DNA from: Thermodesulfobacteriota bacterium
GTDB taxonomy: Bacteria; Desulfobacterota; Desulfobacteria; Desulfobacterales; SURF-7
Assembly (NCBI GenBank): GCA_049320885.1
Contig: JBMORA010000009.1
Span: forward strand, 397,882-461,881
Direction of reading: 5' to 3'
Length of the DNA stretch: 64,000 nucleotides
Of this stretch, positions 58,154 to 64,000 are shown piece after piece. The number at the start of each line of letters is the position of its first letter. Position 1 is the first letter of the stretch. The position numbers were made by a program, and so were the translations under genes. Below the pieces are notes generated by a model. The model saw nothing but the letters and a program-made list of their open reading frames with translations. It searched no databases and was not told where the DNA came from.

Positions 58154-59140
58154 TCAGGCATTCGGCGTCAACAGAATTTTCCCCTGCCGTCCTCCCTGGG
58201 CCGCGGCTGCCACCGCCTCTTTTATCCGGTCGATTCCATACACGGCTTGAATATTGGCCTTCAGTTTTCCGGCGGCGATCAGCTGCACGAGTTCATTGAA
58301 CACGGCTGTTTGCCGTTTCCGGTCGGCGAGCTGGAACCATTTTGCCAGCCAGAATCCTCGCAGGACGATATGGTGAAAAATGAGCGAACGGGGCGATATG
58401 ACACAAGGCTCCCCGCTCATCATCCCATAGTTCACGAGGGTCGAATGTTCACTCAGGCAGGCCGCGATTCTGCCGGTGGCCGTGCCGGCGACGGCGTCGA
58501 TTCCCAGGCGGATATCGGCCCGGCCGGTGGCCTCGGCCACCTTGCGATACAGGTGATCCCCATCCACCAGCACCACGTCGCCGCCGGTTTCCTTGACAGC
58601 GGAAACCGCCGATTCCCGCCTCACGATGTTCACCGTCCGATATCCCCTGATTTTGGCCAGTTGAATCAGATACCCGCCGACTCCGGAATTGGCGGCGTTT
58701 TGAATGATCCACTCACCGGGTTTGAGTTCCACGTATTCACTCAGCAGCAGGGAAGCGGCCGGCGGGTTGATGGTCATCATGGCGAGCTGCAGGGGATCCG
58801 CTGCACCGGGCAGCGGGATCAGTTTTTTGGCATCGGCTACAATATGGGTCGCCCAGGTTCCGCTGCCCACCGGCAGCAGCACGATTTGACCCACGGGGCA
58901 GGAAGCGACATCCGGACCGATTTCCACGATCCGGCCGACTCCTTCGTTGCCGCCAACGGCCGGGAGGGGCGGCAACATACCGTATTCGCCCGTCAGGGTC
59001 AGCACATCCGAGGGATTAATGGGAGCGGCCAGGACTTCCACCAGCACTTGGCCGGCGGTCAGGTCCGGCTTGTCGAATTCCACCGGCCGGATCACATCCT
59101 GGGGCACCGGGCCGCGACGGTCATAGACGGCTTTCAGCAT
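58154..59140 (-). CDS. Trans-2-enoyl-CoA reductase (MDR/ETR family)
   Basis: APINPSD...GEY, GNEGVG, INP.A, QNAANSGVG, YG.MS, GFW. Confidence 0.85.
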   Translation of the reverse strand: MLKAVYDRRGPVPQDVIRPVEFDKPDLTAGQVLVEVLAAPINPSDVLTLTGEYGMLPPLPAVGGNEGVGRIVEIGPDVASCPVGQIVLLPVGSGTWATHIVADAKKLIPLPGAADPLQLAMMTINPPAASLLLSEYVELKPGEWIIQNAANSGVGGYLIQLAKIRGYRTVNIVRRESAVSAVKETGGDVVLVDGDHLYRKVAEATGRADIRLGIDAVAGTATGRIAACLSEHSTLVNYGMMSGEPCVISPRSLIFHHIVLRGFWLAKWFQLADRKRQTAVFNELVQLIAAGKLKANIQAVYGIDRIKEAVAAAAQGGRQGKILLTPNA

Positions 59141-59394
59141 GGGAGGAGCTCCTTTCATGGGGTTCAGGATACAGGTGTTTCACGCTATATCATATGAATT
59201 CCGATTGTGGTAGTACCGATCACCGCGGCCGTCGGTTCGGGCTTCTGTTTTGACATGCCTTGACAGGAAAGCGGAATGTGGCTTATGGAACCTTCTTTGT
59301 GAAAGAGATCGGCGCCATTTTTCGCAATCGGTTCGGGAAGACCGATCCGGTTCCGAATCGATACCAGTGACCGTTAACCTGAAAGGAGACAAGC

Positions 59395-60645
59395 ATGAAA
59401 GATGTTGTAATCGTATCCGCCTGCCGCACGGCCATCGCCGGATTCGGAGGAACCATGCGTGACATGAACGCCGCGGCCATCGCCAGTGTCACCATGAAGG
59501 AAGCCGTCCGGAGGGCCGGGATCGACCCGGCGATGATTGATGATATCCGGTATGGCTGCTGCATTGAACCGGCGGATGCCCTGAACGTTACCCGGGTGGG
59601 GGCGCTGCTGGCCGGAATACCGGACACGGTGCCGGCTGTGACCATCAACCGGGTCTGCATATCGGGTATGGAAGCCGTCATATCGGGAATGGCCATGATC
59701 CAGGCGGACATGGCCGACGTGATCCTGGCGGGGGGGGTCGAACATATGTCCGGGGTTGCCTATCAGGTACCGGGGGCCCGCTGGGGATGCCGTTTGCAGG
59801 ATCAGGTGTTCGTCGACGCCATGATTCATGCCCTGCATTGCGGCTCCCACATCATTCCCCATCCTGAAGATGGTCCGGTGAACGCGGACAATCCGCCGCT
59901 CTCCTTTTATAAGGGCAAACCGTATATTATGGGACATACGGCGGAGTTCATCGCCCAGCACATGAATATCAGCCGGGAAGAAATGGACGAAGTGGCCTTG
60001 CGGAGCCATAACGAAGCCGAACGGGCCACCAACGACGGCTCCTTTGCCGAGGAAATCGTGCCGGTGGAGGTGCCCCAGGGTAAAAAACCGCCGATCGTCT
60101 TCAACAAGGACGAACATTTCCGGCCGGGAATGACCATGGACAAACTGAGTAAGCTGCCCCCGGCGTTTGTGCCCCATATCGGCAAGGTAACGGCCGGTAA
60201 TTCCAGCGGACTGAATGACGGCTCTTCTGGCCTGATCCTGATGTCGGCGGAAAAGGCCCGGGATTTGAACCTGAAACCGTTGGCGCGCATCAAGACCACG
60301 GCTCGGGGAGCCTGCCATCCCTCCGTAATGGGTTTGTCGCCGGTTCCGGCGGTTCAGAACCTCCTGAAGCGCAGCGGTCTGAAGATCGAGGATTTCGAGC
60401 TGGTGGAGCTCAATGAGGCGTTTGCCGCTCAATACATCGGCTGTGAACGGGATCTGAATCTGAACAGGCAGATCACCAATGTCAACGGCTCCGGCATCGG
60501 TTTGGGGCATCCGGTGGGCTCCACCGGTTCTCGAATCATTGTCACCCTGATTCATGCCATGAAACGCCAGGGTAAAACCCTCGGCCTCGCCACACTCTGC
60601 GGCGGCGGAGGCGTTTCCATGGCCTGCGCCATTGAAATGCTCTAG
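59395..60645 (+). CDS. Acetyl-CoA C-acyltransferase (thiolase)
   Basis: TINRVCISG (Cys), NEAFA, GHPVG (His), TLCGGGG; AAGGAG SD. Confidence 0.95.
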   Translation: MKDVVIVSACRTAIAGFGGTMRDMNAAAIASVTMKEAVRRAGIDPAMIDDIRYGCCIEPADALNVTRVGALLAGIPDTVPAVTINRVCISGMEAVISGMAMIQADMADVILAGGVEHMSGVAYQVPGARWGCRLQDQVFVDAMIHALHCGSHIIPHPEDGPVNADNPPLSFYKGKPYIMGHTAEFIAQHMNISREEMDEVALRSHNEAERATNDGSFAEEIVPVEVPQGKKPPIVFNKDEHFRPGMTMDKLSKLPPAFVPHIGKVTAGNSSGLNDGSSGLILMSAEKARDLNLKPLARIKTTARGACHPSVMGLSPVPAVQNLLKRSGLKIEDFELVELNEAFAAQYIGCERDLNLNRQITNVNGSGIGLGHPVGSTGSRIIVTLIHAMKRQGKTLGLATLCGGGGVSMACAIEML

Positions 60646-60936
60646 CCTTTTTCCCGGCCCCCCTTTCGGTGCAGCCGTCCCGGGGGCCGGGCTTCCGGGA
60701 TGGAGTAATATTGTTCTTGACAACGTCGCAAAGTTGAAGCAAATGAGAAAAACAGATCAATTGTTTTTTATAGTGAACATGGTTCCCATCGCCTGGGTGT
60801 CCGTTCGGGTGGGGTGAGGTGCCGACGCTGACATTTTCCTCACCCGGACCAAAAATCTGACGGGATGCGTCTTGAAAACTCGGCAGGCAGCCCGGGGAGA
60901 AAGTGACACGGGACCCCGCATAACCGGGAGAAATCC

Positions 60937-63228
60937 TTGAGCGCGCCTGAACGTATCGAGAACATTCATTCCGATCGCGTTTTTGATGCCATGCCGCCCG
61001 TGTGCGCCATCAATCGTGATTTTTTCATTTTTCAGATGAACGAGCCTTTCCGGGAACTGTTCGGCTCATGGAAGAACCCGAAAAGCAATCCGCGATGTTT
61101 TGAAATCAAGCCGGATCCCCGCTGCCACACATCGGCCTGTCCGTTGACCCGGGTCATCACCGGCGACAGCTTCGAACCCCGGCGACAGAATGTGACCCTG
61201 CCGGATGGACGCGTCCTCTCTTGTCTTGAGGCCGTCCGTCCGATTCAAGCCAGCGGCGGAGCCATCGAGGGGGTCACCATCACCTATATCGATATCGGCT
61301 CGTGCAAGGCCATGGAGGCTGTTCTGCCGGCAAGCGACCCCAATTTCCGGCGCAGAATCGCCGATATCGAGGATGGCTATTTTGAAGTGGATCCGAAAGG
61401 CAACTTCACCTACGTCAATGACGCCGTTACCCGGTTTTTCGGATACAACCGGGAAGAGTTGCTCGGAATGAACAACCGCCAGTACATGGACAAGGAAAAT
61501 GCCAAAAAAGTGCTGAACCGTTTTAATTCGGTTTTCGCAACCGGGGAGGCGGTGGGAGAATTCGAGTTCGAAGTCATTACGAAAAACGGCCAGACCCGGT
61601 CCGCGGAAGGCTCGGTCTCCCTCATGAGGGATGCGCATGGAAACGCCAGCGGGTTCCGCGGTATTGTCCGGGATGTTTCCAAACGCAAAATGATGGAGAC
61701 CGCCCTTCGGGAATCGGAAGAGAAATACCGGCTGGTGGTTGAGAATGCAACGGAAGGCATTATCATTCTCCAGGACCGGTTGATCAAATATGCCAATCCG
61801 CGGATCCAGGCGATCCTGGGGTATGAGGCCGGGACGTTTCGGATTTCGCCGCTGACCCGGTTCGTGCACCCGGATGACCAGAACAACCTGGTTGAAACCT
61901 ACCACCAGATACTCGATGGGAAACGCTCCCAGGCGCCTTTTTCTTTCAGAGCCTTCAGCAAGGCAGGGGAGGAGCGCATTCTGCAGAGCAAGTCGGTTTT
62001 GATCAACTGGGAAAAAAAGCCGGCGGTGCTGGTGTTCCTGCGGGACATGACCTCCCAGTCCATTCTGGAATCCAAGTTGCAGCATGCCCAGAAAATGGAA
62101 GCCATCGGCACCCTTGCGGGGGGCATCGCCCATGATTTCAACAATATTCTTGGTTCCATCGTTCTGAATACCGAGCTGGCGCTGGACGATGTGGAAAAGG
62201 GCGGCGAGGCGGAGTATTCCCTGGAACAGGTGCTCAATGCCAGCCAGCGCGCCAAGGATCTGGTGGAACAAATCCTGACATTCAGCCGGAATGCGGAAGT
62301 AACCCGGAAACCTCTCAATATCAAAGTGATTGTCAAGGAAACATTACGCATGCTGCGCGCCATGCTGCCCTCCACCATCGTGATCAGGCCCGTCATCGCC
62401 GATGAGGTGGGGACGATTCTCGCCAATCCGACCCAGATTCAGCAGTTGGTCATTAATCTATGCACCAATGCGGCTCATGCCATGAGTGAAAAGGGTGGTC
62501 CCCTGGAGATCCTCCTGGAAAACACCATTGCGGACCTGTCGGAACCGGAATCGTCCGACTGCCATCCCAGGAAATATGTCAAACTGGCGGTTATCGACAA
62601 AGGGCATGGCATGACACCCGAGTTCAAGGAACGGATTTTCGACCCTTTTTTCACCACCAAACGCATCGGTGAGGGAACCGGCCTGGGCTTGTCGGTGGTA
62701 CATGGCATCGTCATCAACCATGAGGGCGCGATCCAGGTGGACAGCCAACCCGGCAAGGGGTCGGTCTTCAATGTGTTCTTTCCCATCATTGAGGACAAGG
62801 CCCCCGCCATGGTGGCATCTAGGAAACAGGTTCCCACCGGCAACAAGCGGATTCTGTTCGCCGATGATGAGAGCGCCCTGCTGGATGCAACCCAGCGGAT
62901 GCTGGAGCGGATCGGTTATCGCGTCACCGGCGTGCAGAACGGCGGTGATGCCTATAAGATATTCGAGGGCAATCCCGACGACTTTGACCTGATCATAACG
63001 GACATGACCATGCCGTATATGACAGGCGTCGAACTGGCGGAAGCGATTCTGCGGCTGCGGCCGAACATGCCGATCATTTTATGTACGGGTTTCAATGAGC
63101 GCATCACGCCGGAAATCGCCAAGTCCATCGGTATCCGGGAGTATATGACCAAGCCATATGCGTTACAGGAGATAGCGGAAACAATACAACAAGTACTGAA
63201 AGAAACAACATCGCCGGAGTGCGTTTGA
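60937..63228 (+). CDS. Cytoplasmic multi-PAS hybrid histidine kinase (3 PAS + HisKA + HATPase + REC)
   Basis: AGGIAHDFNNIL, NLCTNA, D.G.G, FDPFFTTK, GTGLGL; REC ILFADDE, ITDMTMP, KP; no TM segments. Confidence 0.93.
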   Translation: MSAPERIENIHSDRVFDAMPPVCAINRDFFIFQMNEPFRELFGSWKNPKSNPRCFEIKPDPRCHTSACPLTRVITGDSFEPRRQNVTLPDGRVLSCLEAVRPIQASGGAIEGVTITYIDIGSCKAMEAVLPASDPNFRRRIADIEDGYFEVDPKGNFTYVNDAVTRFFGYNREELLGMNNRQYMDKENAKKVLNRFNSVFATGEAVGEFEFEVITKNGQTRSAEGSVSLMRDAHGNASGFRGIVRDVSKRKMMETALRESEEKYRLVVENATEGIIILQDRLIKYANPRIQAILGYEAGTFRISPLTRFVHPDDQNNLVETYHQILDGKRSQAPFSFRAFSKAGEERILQSKSVLINWEKKPAVLVFLRDMTSQSILESKLQHAQKMEAIGTLAGGIAHDFNNILGSIVLNTELALDDVEKGGEAEYSLEQVLNASQRAKDLVEQILTFSRNAEVTRKPLNIKVIVKETLRMLRAMLPSTIVIRPVIADEVGTILANPTQIQQLVINLCTNAAHAMSEKGGPLEILLENTIADLSEPESSDCHPRKYVKLAVIDKGHGMTPEFKERIFDPFFTTKRIGEGTGLGLSVVHGIVINHEGAIQVDSQPGKGSVFNVFFPIIEDKAPAMVASRKQVPTGNKRILFADDESALLDATQRMLERIGYRVTGVQNGGDAYKIFEGNPDDFDLIITDMTMPYMTGVELAEAILRLRPNMPIILCTGFNERITPEIAKSIGIREYMTKPYALQEIAETIQQVLKETTSPECV

Positions 63229-63326
63229 TTTTCCATCTCATCTGATTTTCCATCAGCGTCCTTCTGTGGAGACTCTCCAGAATTCCGTGAACGGCGGTAC
63301 CATTTCAGGTACAAGGCAACAGAGCC

Positions 63327-63698
63327 ATGGACGAAATACTACAGGAGAGAAGACAACATCGGCGTTATCCGGCTCAATCCGGGACATTTGCCGCATTTAT
63401 GCCGTATTCGGCTCGACGCGGCCAGATCGTGGACATCAGCAAGGGCGGCCTGGCATTTCACTATATCACCGACGGAAGACGCAGCAGCAGCCAGCACTTG
63501 GCGATATTGGTGATTGGTGAAGGTGTTTTTGTGAACCACATCCGCTGTGAGACGGTTTCCGATTTTACTGTGACCCCAGCCAGCCCCTTCTCAGCGGCCC
63601 CCCTTCGGCGATGCAGCGTCAAATTTCTGGATTTGCAGCCGGAACAGGTCCAAAAGATCGACCGGCTTATTGCCTTTCATACCATCAGGGATTCATAG
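63327..63698 (+). CDS. PilZ domain protein
   Basis: ERRQHRR (RxxxR), DISKGG (DxSxxG), .V.F..L. Confidence 0.88.
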   Translation: MDEILQERRQHRRYPAQSGTFAAFMPYSARRGQIVDISKGGLAFHYITDGRRSSSQHLAILVIGEGVFVNHIRCETVSDFTVTPASPFSAAPLRRCSVKFLDLQPEQVQKIDRLIAFHTIRDS

Positions 63699-63999
63699 AT
63701 GCCTGCAAGGTTTTTATCCATTTCCGGATTTGCCAGGTGAGCAGGGCGTAAAATCGTTCCGAACCTCCGATTCCCCGGCGGCCGAAATAATAATTGATCT
63801 CCAGAAAGCATGGCGGGCTGTCCGGGGGTTTTTCCGGATAAATCAGATCGAATCCCGCCAGGTTGATGCCGGTTTTGCGGCAGAAGTCTCGGACGGCCTG
63901 AATTCCCTTTTTTCGCAGTGTCGGGTCCGCGGCGGGATCCATCCGGGCCCCGGAAGACAGGCTGATTGTAACAGGTCCCGGGTCCGTCTGAATGCGCCA
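63685..63999 (-). CDS. ATP-grasp (RimK-like) protein, C-terminal part (truncated by window)
   Basis: Frame is open to the window edge; LAGFDL, FLEINY.FG..G ATP-grasp motifs. Confidence 0.75.
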   Translation of the reverse strand, partial: WRIQTDPGPVTISLSSGARMDPAADPTLRKKGIQAVRDFCRKTGINLAGFDLIYPEKPPDSPPCFLEINYYFGRRGIGGSERFYALLTWQIRKWIKTLQASMNP

Positions 64000-64000
64000 G

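Noticed and set aside
1..64000. CRISPR arrays, rRNA, IS elements
   Set aside because: No regularly spaced direct repeats, rRNA signatures, transposase ORFs or terminal inverted repeats found by eye.

Overview
GC-rich bacterial chromosomal window. Gene content suggests a sulfate-reducing Desulfobacterota (Desulfobacterales-like) organism; this taxonomy is inference. Most of the window is housekeeping: tRNA-Val(CAC), scpB-scpA-trpS, a DHH/CBS tRNA nucleotidyltransferase, pilC-pilS, lysS-lolC/E-lolD-bamA-skp-lpxD-fabZ-lpxA-msbA, rimO-ispB-pgsA, feoAB, asmA, acyl-CoA metabolism genes, PilZ proteins and a PAS hybrid kinase. The first ~16.5 kb is more accessory. It holds two deletion-chimera pseudogenes, birA-pyc preceded by a structured leader with an intrinsic terminator, and an orphan fatty acyl-AMP ligase coupled to a molybdopterin oxidoreductase. 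The most striking locus is a subtilase (10243-11910) whose signal peptide is preceded by a Fis/NtrC-type HTH. It sits behind a consensus sigma-54 promoter and two near-identical palindromic enhancer-like sites. I found no CRISPR array, rRNA, integrase or transposase. All calls come from reading motifs by eye; no database search was run.
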